In this document: positions 1 through 8,434 of the stretch, one piece after another
How positions within the stretch are numbered: position 1 is the first letter of the stretch
Layout: each line of letters begins with the position of its first letter
Assembly: GCA_041746255.1 (NCBI GenBank)
Contig: JBGTHM010000119.1
Span: 1-39,982 of the forward strand
Origin: Fibrobacteria bacterium
Lineage (GTDB): Bacteria; Fibrobacterota; Fibrobacteria; UBA11236
Length of the DNA: 39,982 nucleotides
Direction of reading: 5' to 3'
Program-made: the position numbers and the translations under genes
The notes under the pieces: model-generated
Database searches by the model: none
The model's input: only the letters and a program-made list of their open reading frames with translations
Told to the model about the DNA's origin: nothing

Positions 1-477
1 CAGGCGCTTTTCAACACCTTGGCCGCCAGGATTGCCAATTCGACATTTGTCGACCTTTACGCCGGATCGGGAGCGGTGGGGTTGGAGGCTTTCAGCCGCG
101 GGGCCCGGGAGGTGGTGCTGGTCGAAAAGGACGTAAAGAGCCTGGAAGGCCTCAAGGCCAATTGTGACTTGCTGCGTGAAAGAAGCGGGGGTACGGGGAA
201 ATTGCGGTTGGTGAAGTCCAGCGCTGAGGTTTTCGCGGGTAGGGCGGAATATGCGGGTTACTTCGACTTGGTCTTCGCCGATCCGCCTTTTCAGGACGAT
301 TTCGCTCCACTGTGGGAAAATTTGAAACCCCTGATGGCTGAGGGAGGATGCGCAGTGCTACAATTTCCCAGCCGGTCACGGCCCAAATGGCTGGATGAAG
401 CTTATTCAGTTCGGGAGTATGGAGAATCGGCGCTGGCCTATTTTAATCACATGAGCCCAGGGCCGGTAAAATTGTAA
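1..477 (+). CDS. rsmD: 16S rRNA m2G966 methyltransferase RsmD (5' end lies upstream of the window)
   Basis: Frame is open from base 1 (QALFNTL...). Motifs VDLYAGSGAVGLEAFSRGA and FDLVFADPPF, plus C-terminal YGESAL; usual position directly upstream of coaD. Confidence 0.92.
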   Translation, partial: QALFNTLAARIANSTFVDLYAGSGAVGLEAFSRGAREVVLVEKDVKSLEGLKANCDLLRERSGGTGKLRLVKSSAEVFAGRAEYAGYFDLVFADPPFQDDFAPLWENLKPLMAEGGCAVLQFPSRSRPKWLDEAYSVREYGESALAYFNHMSPGPVKL

Positions 478-528
478 TTTTCGGTTAGGTAGGATAGAAT
501 TGGTGGACCTTTACTCGGCAGATTTTCT

Positions 529-1017
529 ATGGTGAAAGCGATTTATCCCGGCACTTTCGACCCCGTTACTTACGGGCATTTGGATATTTTGAGCCGGGCC
601 TCCAAGCTATTCGAGTCGGTGGATGTGGTGGTGGCCGTAAATGTGCGCAAGGCCTCGTTATTTAGTTCAGAAGAACGCATTGGACTCATTCGCGCCTGCA
701 CCGAAAAACTTCCCAACATCACCGTATCTTCTTTCGAGGGACTTACCGTTGAGTGCCTGCGTCAAAGAAATGCACAGGTGATTATTCGCGGAATGCGCGC
801 GGTGGCCGACTTCGAATTCGAATTTCAAATGGCCTTGATGAACAAGAAGCTCGATCCGCATTGCGAAACGGTTTATTTGATGCCGAGCGAAAAATACACT
901 TATCTCAACTCCAGCATTATCCGTGAAATCGCTGCCTTGGGCGGGTCGGTTTCGGAATTCGTCCCGGCGGTGGTGGAAAAGGCTCTTACACTCAAATTGG
1001 GAAAGAAAACCGGCTAA
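529..1017 (+). CDS. coaD: Phosphopantetheine adenylyltransferase
   Basis: AIYPGTFDPVTYGHLDI (HxGH-type motif), IIRGMRAVADFEFEFQMALMN, SSIIREIA. Confidence 0.97.
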   Translation: MVKAIYPGTFDPVTYGHLDILSRASKLFESVDVVVAVNVRKASLFSSEERIGLIRACTEKLPNITVSSFEGLTVECLRQRNAQVIIRGMRAVADFEFEFQMALMNKKLDPHCETVYLMPSEKYTYLNSSIIREIAALGGSVSEFVPAVVEKALTLKLGKKTG

Positions 1018-1039
1018 GCTGGTATTAGGGACGACTACC

Positions 1040-1864
1040 ATGGCAGCGCTACCGCGAATCATAAAAATCCTGCTGGGCGTGAACGTCGGGCTGTTCCTGT
1101 TGGAGTTTCTCACGGGGGGTGTACTCCTCCGGACCTATTTTTCGCTGGACCACACCGCCCTTTCCCAGTTTCAAATCTGGCGGTTGGTCACCTATATGTT
1201 CGTACACTCAGTGGCTCCTCCTTTTCTCCACATTCTTTTCAATATGCTCATGCTCTGGATGTTCGGTGTGCCGCTGGTTTATGTGCTCGGGGAAAAGAAA
1301 TTCGCTTGGTTCTATTTCGCGGCGGGAGTCTTTTCCGCCTTTTGCACCTTGATTTTCTTTTCCTTTACGGGAGCCACCAATCCCGTCATCGGGGCTTCGG
1401 GCGCAATATTCGGCCTGATGTTCGCCTTCGCGAAATTCTTCCCGACCCAGCAATTTCTGATGTTCTTTATTTTTCCCGTGCAGGCTCGTTACGCCGTCCT
1501 CATTATCGGCGGCATATCCCTCATGCTTATCACTTCGAACGACGGCATAGCGCATATCACCCATTTGGGAGGCGCTCTTTTCGCCTTTCTCTTTTTCCGG
1601 TACGAGGACAAAATTTACGATTTCTACCACGGCTTCAAGAACCGCCGGGGCGTGCGTATGGAAAAGGAAGCACGGAAATCGGAAACCGTCATTGAGCAGG
1701 TCATGGTCGATATCGATCCCATTCTCAAGAAAATATCGGAAACCGGGATCAGTTCGTTGAGCAAAGAGGAGCGGGAGAAGTTGCAGAAGGCCAGCGAATT
1801 GAAGCGGAAACAAAAGTCGAAAATCATAAATTGGGACGAATATCGCAATAAACAGGCCCTCTAG
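1040..1864 (+). CDS. Rhomboid-family intramembrane serine protease with a C-terminal DUF6576-like helical tail
   Basis: WR motif (QIWRLVTYMFVH), HILFNM, catalytic GASG and AHITHLGG; tail IDPILKKISETGISSLSKEEREKL. Start moved to ATG 1040, downstream of the coaD stop. Confidence 0.92.
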   Translation: MAALPRIIKILLGVNVGLFLLEFLTGGVLLRTYFSLDHTALSQFQIWRLVTYMFVHSVAPPFLHILFNMLMLWMFGVPLVYVLGEKKFAWFYFAAGVFSAFCTLIFFSFTGATNPVIGASGAIFGLMFAFAKFFPTQQFLMFFIFPVQARYAVLIIGGISLMLITSNDGIAHITHLGGALFAFLFFRYEDKIYDFYHGFKNRRGVRMEKEARKSETVIEQVMVDIDPILKKISETGISSLSKEEREKLQKASELKRKQKSKIINWDEYRNKQAL

Positions 1865-1885
1865 GAGAGCCGATGTTTCGCGACT

Positions 1886-4282
1886 TCAGTTCCGACCGAA
1901 GTCGATTTCCGAATTCCATTGCAAGCCCCAACCCGCTCCGTCCGGCCCCCACCCACCCCTCAGGCTGTTGCGCACTCCGAAACCCGCCCACCGCGCTTCG
2001 AACCGCAATCCCGCGCCGATACGCTGGTTGAATGTGCCGCGCATGGGAAAGTCTTCGCGCCATAGCCCCATGCCGGCCCAAAAGCCATAGTCCAAGGAAC
2101 GCCAGGCCTCCAGCCGGCTGAAAAAGACCATGTTCTCCTTGGCCGTTGCGTCGCGCGTAATGCGTTGAATATGGGGGTGCAGACGATTGTCACCCGTGAA
2201 AAGGGTTTCCCAATCCATGTTCAATCCCGTAGTATCGGCCAGCACTATCGCCTGATGGACGAACCCCTGCACATCCAGTTCGACGCGGTGTACGAGCCCT
2301 TCCGGAAATTGCCAATGGCCCTGGACACGGGTATAAATGCCGCCGGTGACCAGCTTGAAATCGGGAACCCTGAGGGTCAGGCCCAAGTCCACCCATAGAG
2401 CGCGAGGTGGGCGGGAGCTTCCGCTCGGAAGCGGAGGGTAAAGATTGCTTCCGAAATACACAAAAGGCCATTCCTGTTCGCTCCATTCGCGCCATCCGAT
2501 TTGGCGCCGCATATCCGGAACGAAAATCCCCACGCGGCCCTGGCCCAATGCCACATAGGCTTTCAATAGGCTCATACCGGCTTGCCAATGGTGTTCGGTG
2601 GTAAGATAGCGCGGATTGCCGGGCAATACCCGGTAGACCACACGTTGCCTGCCGATATTGCCCGAAGGATCATGCGCCGACAGTTCCGCGGCGTAAAGGC
2701 CGGGCCCATTGGCGTAAAGGTAGAGACGCTCGCCATCCCAGTTAAAAGGGCCGTCCTGGGGCAGCCAGGCTTCGATGATCAGGCTGTCTCCATCGGGGTC
2801 GTTTGCCACGGGGCGGTAATTCACGAATTCCTTTTCCCGGACATGCGCAATGCCCACTTCGCTGGTGAACACCGGAGGACGGTTGGGCGCTACGTCCAGG
2901 CTAATGCTCCGCTCCACCAATTTGTCGTCTTCAATGAAGAAAAAAGTCAGCCGATGAGCCGGGGTCGAGCCGGGTTTGACCGTCAGGATCCCCTCGGTGA
3001 AGTCGGTGCTGTCTTCTCCCACTACCGCTTCGAGATGAAGTCCCCGCTCCGCCCAGTTGCGCATCGACGCGTCCGCGTCCCAATGATAGACATGCCCTTG
3101 GCGCAGCGTATCCCAGGGTAGCTGGAGGTAAAGTCCCTCGGTGAGAATCCATTTGTCCGAAGGGTGCACCGACAGGTTGAATTTATACAGGGTGCTATCA
3201 CCCAGGGGATCGATCAGTGATAAGGCCAGGACTTGCAGTGAATCCGGACTTCCGCGCGGTACCTCCCAAGTGAATATTCTTTTCGTTGAGTCGAATTGCA
3301 TGCCCTCCGGCATTTCCAAAGGCTTCACCCCTACGCTGTATCCGGGATGGTCGGCGTCCACGATGTCGACTTCATAACGCCAGGGACGTCCGACCACCGC
3401 GCGAAATTCAGGGGATTGCGCCAGGCGGGGTGGAGAGTTGTCGCGAGCCATAAGCGTGAATCCCAGCGTATCGCGCCTACCGATTTCGTTGCGTACCGAG
3501 AGGACTAGCGGCCATGTTCCGGTTTTCTTGGGCGTACCTTTGAGAGCATGGGAATTTTTGTCCCAGATAATCCCCTCAGGCAGCTCCCCTTGTATCGAGT
3601 AGGTCAGTGCTTGTGAAGGACTGGCGGGGTCGACGGCCCAAGCCTGCCAGAAGAAGTCGTGTCCGCTGAAGGCAGGGTCGGGGGGCCGGCTGACGATACG
3701 GGGGCTCCCTTGAGGGGGAACGCGACGGATATCGCGCATTCGGAGTTGGGCCAAAAGGGAGGCCGGAGCCAGGAGTTTGAGATGATTGTCTTCGAAAACC
3801 ACGACCATCTGCCGGTTTTCCGGAAGGGATTCGAAATTTTCTTCCAAGGCCTGGATGAGGCGGGCGCCGAGATGATAGGCTTTTTTTTCCGGCTCGGATT
3901 TTACTAAATCGCCACGGGTTTTCCAGGCTTCCACCGTGGCGCGGGCCTGCACCTTCACCAGGGAAGCGGATGTGATTCCCGCAAAGGCTCCCTCGGTGCG
4001 TAGGGTTTGCCAGACATCGGCGTCGATGAGCACGGCTCGATCGCGAAAGCGCATGATGTCGCCCTGGGCTACGCCGATATCGGGATTGTGGATGAGAAAA
4101 ACCGGTTCTCCCAAGGCCTTGAAGCGCGCGGCCAAACGGGCGGCGACCGCTTTATCTTCCAGCGAGGCCAAAGCGTAATAATTCACGGCTTCCCTGCTGT
4201 TTTCGCCATGGACAGGTTTTCCCAGGCAGAGAATCAGCAAGAGAAGGGAAGGAAGGATCCATGTACGGGAACGTGAGGACAT
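1886..4282 (-). CDS. Exported protein with tandem Ig/cadherin-like (He_PIG/CADG-type) repeats and a predicted C-terminal beta-barrel
   Basis: Signal peptide MSSRSRTWILPSLLLLILCLGKPVHG from ATG 4282. Repeats ALTYSIQGELPEGIIWD..LKGTP, VDADHPG..MPEGMQFD and NRPPVF..ANDPDGDSL. Aromatic-rich amphipathic C-terminus ending WGLQWNSEIDFGRN. Confidence 0.72.
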   Translation of the reverse strand: MSSRSRTWILPSLLLLILCLGKPVHGENSREAVNYYALASLEDKAVAARLAARFKALGEPVFLIHNPDIGVAQGDIMRFRDRAVLIDADVWQTLRTEGAFAGITSASLVKVQARATVEAWKTRGDLVKSEPEKKAYHLGARLIQALEENFESLPENRQMVVVFEDNHLKLLAPASLLAQLRMRDIRRVPPQGSPRIVSRPPDPAFSGHDFFWQAWAVDPASPSQALTYSIQGELPEGIIWDKNSHALKGTPKKTGTWPLVLSVRNEIGRRDTLGFTLMARDNSPPRLAQSPEFRAVVGRPWRYEVDIVDADHPGYSVGVKPLEMPEGMQFDSTKRIFTWEVPRGSPDSLQVLALSLIDPLGDSTLYKFNLSVHPSDKWILTEGLYLQLPWDTLRQGHVYHWDADASMRNWAERGLHLEAVVGEDSTDFTEGILTVKPGSTPAHRLTFFFIEDDKLVERSISLDVAPNRPPVFTSEVGIAHVREKEFVNYRPVANDPDGDSLIIEAWLPQDGPFNWDGERLYLYANGPGLYAAELSAHDPSGNIGRQRVVYRVLPGNPRYLTTEHHWQAGMSLLKAYVALGQGRVGIFVPDMRRQIGWREWSEQEWPFVYFGSNLYPPLPSGSSRPPRALWVDLGLTLRVPDFKLVTGGIYTRVQGHWQFPEGLVHRVELDVQGFVHQAIVLADTTGLNMDWETLFTGDNRLHPHIQRITRDATAKENMVFFSRLEAWRSLDYGFWAGMGLWREDFPMRGTFNQRIGAGLRFEARWAGFGVRNSLRGGWGPDGAGWGLQWNSEIDFGRN

Positions 4283-4284
4283 TT

Positions 4285-4833
4285 TCAATAGCCGCGTGTT
4301 TCTTTGGTGAAAGCGCGGAATTCGTTTTCCAGGCGACGCGATTCCGGCCTCTTCCCATAATCCAGCGAGTCGCCTACCGAGAACCACTCCTCTTCAACTT
4401 GGCTCCAAAGCAATCGTCCCAGGCGAAAACTCATGGCATGTCCGCGATCCTGAACGTTCATCGCGATAAAGCGCCCCTCGTCGAAGGCATGTTCGACCAC
4501 CAGGATATTACTGTCGGCGTCGACGGCTTCCACGATGAGCTTCCGTTCAATGGGGTCCTGCCGTGCGGAGAGTTTCCGGCCGTCCAATGAAAAGGCGGTG
4601 CGATAGGCCTCTAAAGCTTCGAGGTTATCCCTTCCATTTGTGAGAACCCAGGCCGCCTGACGGCTCCAGAACGGATCGGCCTGCGCCGCGACGGTTTTGG
4701 CGCGGTCGATATTAACCAGGGGCACCATGATGACCAGCCGTAAAACCAGGATGACGGCCATCATGGCGAGAACGTCCTCCACCGCGATGGCTTCGCCCAG
4801 GAGAAGCGATCTGTTCCGGCGTTTGCGGCTCAA
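4285..4833 (-). CDS. Single-TM protein resembling the MotB/ExbD/TolR N-terminus, with an unrecognised periplasmic domain
   Basis: Basic N-terminus RKRRNR then AVEDVLAMMAVILVLRLVIMVPLV (Asp at the TM start). TTG start overlaps the TGA stop of the upstream MotA/ExbB-like gene (TTGA, 4833-4830). Confidence 0.62.
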   Translation of the reverse strand: MSRKRRNRSLLLGEAIAVEDVLAMMAVILVLRLVIMVPLVNIDRAKTVAAQADPFWSRQAAWVLTNGRDNLEALEAYRTAFSLDGRKLSARQDPIERKLIVEAVDADSNILVVEHAFDEGRFIAMNVQDRGHAMSFRLGRLLWSQVEEEWFSVGDSLDYGKRPESRRLENEFRAFTKETRGY

Positions 4834-5912
4834 TTTTTATCATCCTCGAGAATCTGCAGATGTGCCGGCGCCGCCGCGAGTTGTTTGCCTTTCATGAAAC
4901 TGCGATATTGTTTTTCGAATTCTCCCAATTCGCGGATACGTTCCGCAGTCAACGACTGCAAGCGACCCATCGCCTCGATTTGATCACGCGTATAACCCAT
5001 GGCCTTCACCAGCTTCCGTAAGTTCTCATCCATGGTGGCTTGCGCCTCGAGCAGCACAGCATCCATTTTGGCCTGTCTCTCCAGTAGCTGTTCCTGTTTG
5101 GCTTCCGGGCCGTAGTTTTTACGGATCCAGGGTTGAAGGGTGGTGATGTTCCAGTCATGGAGATGACTGCTGACCGTATCGAAACCACCGTAGGCGCGCT
5201 GCAGAATTTGAATGGTGATGAGTTCAATGAGAATGGAAAGGCCGGTGGCCACGAGGGTGGTAAGGATGGCGTATTCATCTCCTTCGATGGCCGCCGCGAT
5301 GTCACGGATGAAACCCAGTTCGCCGTCCCCCTCTCCCAACCCCAAAATGGCGCGCTTCATGGGAGGGAAGGTCATAATGAGCCCGATTAAAGTGCCGATA
5401 AACCCCAATTTCAAAGTGGTGCGATTCAAAGAAACATGGATGCTTAATACGCCATCATCGCGAATCCCGCGCCTTTCACTGGCGTTTTCAAGCACCGCTT
5501 CCGAGCCGGAAGTTTCGCCTTTAAGTCCGAGATCGACCCAGCGCAGGAGTAAATCGCGCAAATAACCGGGCGGCGTATTGTGCAGAAGGCGAGTCTGCAA
5601 GGCTTTGAGGTCCGGTTCATCCCCAATGGAACGCAGCGCCTTGAGAGTCGAGCTCGCATGGCGGACGCTACGCTTCAGTGAGGCCAAATTGTATTGCGCC
5701 AGCAATTGCGCGATTATGAAAACCGTGAGAATGAGCACCAGGAAAATATCCCGGTACCAGTTGGAATTGAGCATGAAAAATGCGCTTATTGCGAGTAGGA
5801 TAAGGGGGATGGGAATCCAGGCGGCCGAGAAGGCCGTTCTGCCGATGGTCCGCAATTCTTGAAAAGCCAGTCGGATGGAGTTTTCCTCGGCGCGAAGGGT
5901 TTTATCTTCCAT
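4830..5912 (-). CDS. MotA/TolQ/ExbB proton-channel family protein with a C-terminal coiled-coil-like tail
   Basis: Two N-terminal hydrophobic helices, channel motif LGFIGTLIGLIMTF, second channel helix YAILTTLVATGLSILI, then about 120 aa of helical, Q/E/K/R-rich tail. Confidence 0.82.
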   Translation of the reverse strand: MEDKTLRAEENSIRLAFQELRTIGRTAFSAAWIPIPLILLAISAFFMLNSNWYRDIFLVLILTVFIIAQLLAQYNLASLKRSVRHASSTLKALRSIGDEPDLKALQTRLLHNTPPGYLRDLLLRWVDLGLKGETSGSEAVLENASERRGIRDDGVLSIHVSLNRTTLKLGFIGTLIGLIMTFPPMKRAILGLGEGDGELGFIRDIAAAIEGDEYAILTTLVATGLSILIELITIQILQRAYGGFDTVSSHLHDWNITTLQPWIRKNYGPEAKQEQLLERQAKMDAVLLEAQATMDENLRKLVKAMGYTRDQIEAMGRLQSLTAERIRELGEFEKQYRSFMKGKQLAAAPAHLQILEDDKN

Positions 5913-7104
5913 CCAATCCTCCTATGGGCTTGTGCAACCAGGGGTGATCCAGCGCCATTGACAAGGAAAGTCCGGCGTGCAGCTGTCCTCTGGAAAGGTA
6001 ATGGAAATCCACGCGCAGCGTGGTTCCTTTCAGGTTGACATTGTCCTCCCCTGGAAACGGTACCGACATCCCCAGCGGCAGCAATTCAGCGCGCAAAAAC
6101 GGAACCCATCGGCCGGAGGCAAGGAACAATCCCATGGCCCAGCTGCCTTGCCCCAGCGGCAGCTGGCGGATTTCAACTTGATGTACGGGTTTATAATCGG
6201 CCCGTTGCTCGTTGTAAAAGGAGTATCCCAGCATTCCCGTTCGCAAGAAAAAAGCATGCCCGAAGGCGGCCTGGGGCTCACCTGTTATATAGACGATACG
6301 GACGAAGTCGTCGGGGGAGGGAGTGGGACGGGGTTTCGGCGGCGGTTGCAGCCAGAAAAGTTCGGGGTGGGGGCGCTGCGCGTATTGAATGCGATAACGC
6401 AGGGCCGGCACAGCCACGGTAGCCGACCACCACCAATGGTTTGACCACCAGTCCTGGTTTTCGTCGAAGTCCCTACCCCGGTAATAGCGGGTGAGACCCC
6501 CCCCGTAATGGCCCCAATGCGATCCCACCCCTACCCAAACCTGCGGGTGAACCGCTTGCAGCCAGTTCACGTCAAATCTTCTCTCGAATTCGGGAGCCAT
6601 GCCCGGAATCGCGTTCGCGGAGGTTCCAACCGAAAAATCCAAACCCGGTTGCCATCGCCCCTGTTTGAGCAATATCGGGAGGAATCGCTCGCCAAATTCC
6701 GATAATTCCGTATTTGCAATGTGGGAGGGAACTGGATTTTTGCAAGCCGACTGGGATGAGAGGCCATGTTCGGTACAAAGGGAATCCCAAAGCTGAGGAA
6801 CGATGCGGACAATTTCCGTGCCTTCCCGTAAAAGAACCCACTTCGTTTCATTGGGGCTGGAAGTTTGGTTGGCCGGGAGGGTTTTCCAGATTTGGTACAG
6901 ACCGGGAAGGGGCGGCTCTCCCAAAACCGATTCGAGTAGGCCGGCCCACTTAGAGGTATTGGTCGTGGGAAACGCTTCGATAAAGCAAGGATCCGATCCA
7001 GGACAGACTGCCGGCACGGAAAAACTTCCCCCGAAATTCGCATGGGAAAGCCACGGAGAGGCCACGGAGAACAAGAACAATAGGGGTAATTGTAAATGTT
7101 TCAT
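5902..7104 (-). CDS. Exported hypothetical protein, predicted outer-membrane beta-barrel
   Basis: Signal peptide MKHLQLPLLFLFSVASPWLSHA; C-terminal two-thirds has alternating aromatic/Gly strands (VWVGVGSHW, WWWSATVAV, LRVDFHY, LHAGLSLSM). Stop overlaps the next gene by 11 nt. Confidence 0.62.
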   Translation of the reverse strand: MKHLQLPLLFLFSVASPWLSHANFGGSFSVPAVCPGSDPCFIEAFPTTNTSKWAGLLESVLGEPPLPGLYQIWKTLPANQTSSPNETKWVLLREGTEIVRIVPQLWDSLCTEHGLSSQSACKNPVPSHIANTELSEFGERFLPILLKQGRWQPGLDFSVGTSANAIPGMAPEFERRFDVNWLQAVHPQVWVGVGSHWGHYGGGLTRYYRGRDFDENQDWWSNHWWWSATVAVPALRYRIQYAQRPHPELFWLQPPPKPRPTPSPDDFVRIVYITGEPQAAFGHAFFLRTGMLGYSFYNEQRADYKPVHQVEIRQLPLGQGSWAMGLFLASGRWVPFLRAELLPLGMSVPFPGEDNVNLKGTTLRVDFHYLSRGQLHAGLSLSMALDHPWLHKPIGGLDGR

Positions 7105-7298
7105 GAGGGCAAGGATGGGTACCTCTCAAAAACGAAAAATCGGAACAACCGCGCAACGCATTTTACCCATGACGGAACGGGCCGGGAATGGGGAGTATTC
7201 AATGGTAGTAATTTTGAAATTGGGCCGTAAATAGGCCTGATTTGTTAGATTTCTCCAGTCTGTGCCCACATCCGAAATTGATTGCAAAGGAAGAATCT

Positions 7299-8291
7299 AT
7301 GTCCGTTTCCACCCGAAAAGGTCCCGTCATCGTAGGTGTCGGCGCCGCACTCATGGACCTTCTCCTGGAAGAGGATGAGGGTTTTCTATCCCGGATGGGG
7401 TCGGAGAAGGGGGGCATGACACTCGTTGAACAGTCTACCATTCTAAACGCTTTGGCAGCCACTCCTGCACCGGTTTCCATCGTAGCTGGGGGGTCGGCAT
7501 GTAATTCCATGGTGGGAATCGGGCTTTTGGGAGGGCGTTCCCGCATGGTGGGTAAGCTGGGTCGGGACGAATTGGGAGATAAATTCCTCCACGGCTTGGA
7601 AAAAGCCGGAGTGGAGACTCATATCACGCGGTCGGATACCGGAACGGGCCGCGTGCTTTCCGTAGTCACGCCCGACGCGCAACGCACCATGTTCACCTAT
7701 CTCGGCGCCTCCGCCGAGCTTTCGCCGGAGGATCTCCATGCCGCGCAGTTCGCCGATGCCGACATGGTTTTACTCGAAGGATACCTGCTTTTCAATCGTC
7801 CGGTCGTTGAGAAAATCCTGGAATTGACGGCGGGGACTCCGGCCAAGCTTGTGCTGGATTTGGGTTCGTTCCAGGTGGTGGAGGCCTGTCGTGAATTGCT
7901 CGAACACCTTATCTCCGAGCATGTGGACATTTTACTGGCCAACGAGGACGAGGCCCGGGCCTTTACGGGCATGGGAGAAGACGGTTCGCTCGAATTATTC
8001 GCAGCGAAGGTCGGCCTGGCCGTAGTCAAGCTGGGTAAAGACGGCGTGCTGCTGGCCCAGGGAAGCGAAAGGTTGAAAGTGCCGGCCCGCGTGGTCGAGG
8101 CCATCGATACCACGGGAGCAGGAGACCTATGGGCGGCAGGATTCCTGCACGGCTTGGCCCAGGGGTATGGGTTGGAACACTCCGCCCGTCTGGGATGCGT
8201 TTTGGGTTCCGAAGTGGTGCAAATCATGGGAGCCCTGATTCCCGAGCAGGGCTGGGATCGTATCCACCGCTTCATGGGAGAGCTACCTTAA
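7299..8291 (+). CDS. PfkB-family nucleoside (adenosine/inosine-type) kinase
   Basis: AGGSACNSMVG, GKLGRDELG, QRTMFTYLGA, LEGYL, ANEDEA, DTTGAGDLWAAGFL. ATG 7299 has AAAGGAAG upstream. Confidence 0.9.
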   Translation: MSVSTRKGPVIVGVGAALMDLLLEEDEGFLSRMGSEKGGMTLVEQSTILNALAATPAPVSIVAGGSACNSMVGIGLLGGRSRMVGKLGRDELGDKFLHGLEKAGVETHITRSDTGTGRVLSVVTPDAQRTMFTYLGASAELSPEDLHAAQFADADMVLLEGYLLFNRPVVEKILELTAGTPAKLVLDLGSFQVVEACRELLEHLISEHVDILLANEDEARAFTGMGEDGSLELFAAKVGLAVVKLGKDGVLLAQGSERLKVPARVVEAIDTTGAGDLWAAGFLHGLAQGYGLEHSARLGCVLGSEVVQIMGALIPEQGWDRIHRFMGELP

Positions 8292-8434
8292 GCCAAGAAG
8301 TGGACAGGTTTCAGCCAAAAGTCTAATTTTGGCCATGGCTGAACCATCCGCCTCCCCATCTTCTTCGACGCACCGGTCTTTCCAGTGCGGAATTTCGGAC
8401 CAAACATCCGCTTTCTTCATTTCGCGAGGTTTTC

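Noticed and set aside
923..1039. Upstream extensions given by the ORF track (rhomboid here; likewise 4283-4387, 18440-18547, 20754-20831 and 32860-32979)
   Set aside because: They overlap neighbouring genes or promoters and precede the family-typical N-termini, so downstream starts were used.
4285..5912. Calling the motor pair Zorya (zorAB), flagellar motAB or exbBD/tolQR
   Set aside because: No OmpA-like domain is visible in the B subunit, the tail is much shorter than typical ZorA, and there is no zorC/D/E, flagellar, tonB or tolA/tolB/pal gene in the window. Left unnamed.
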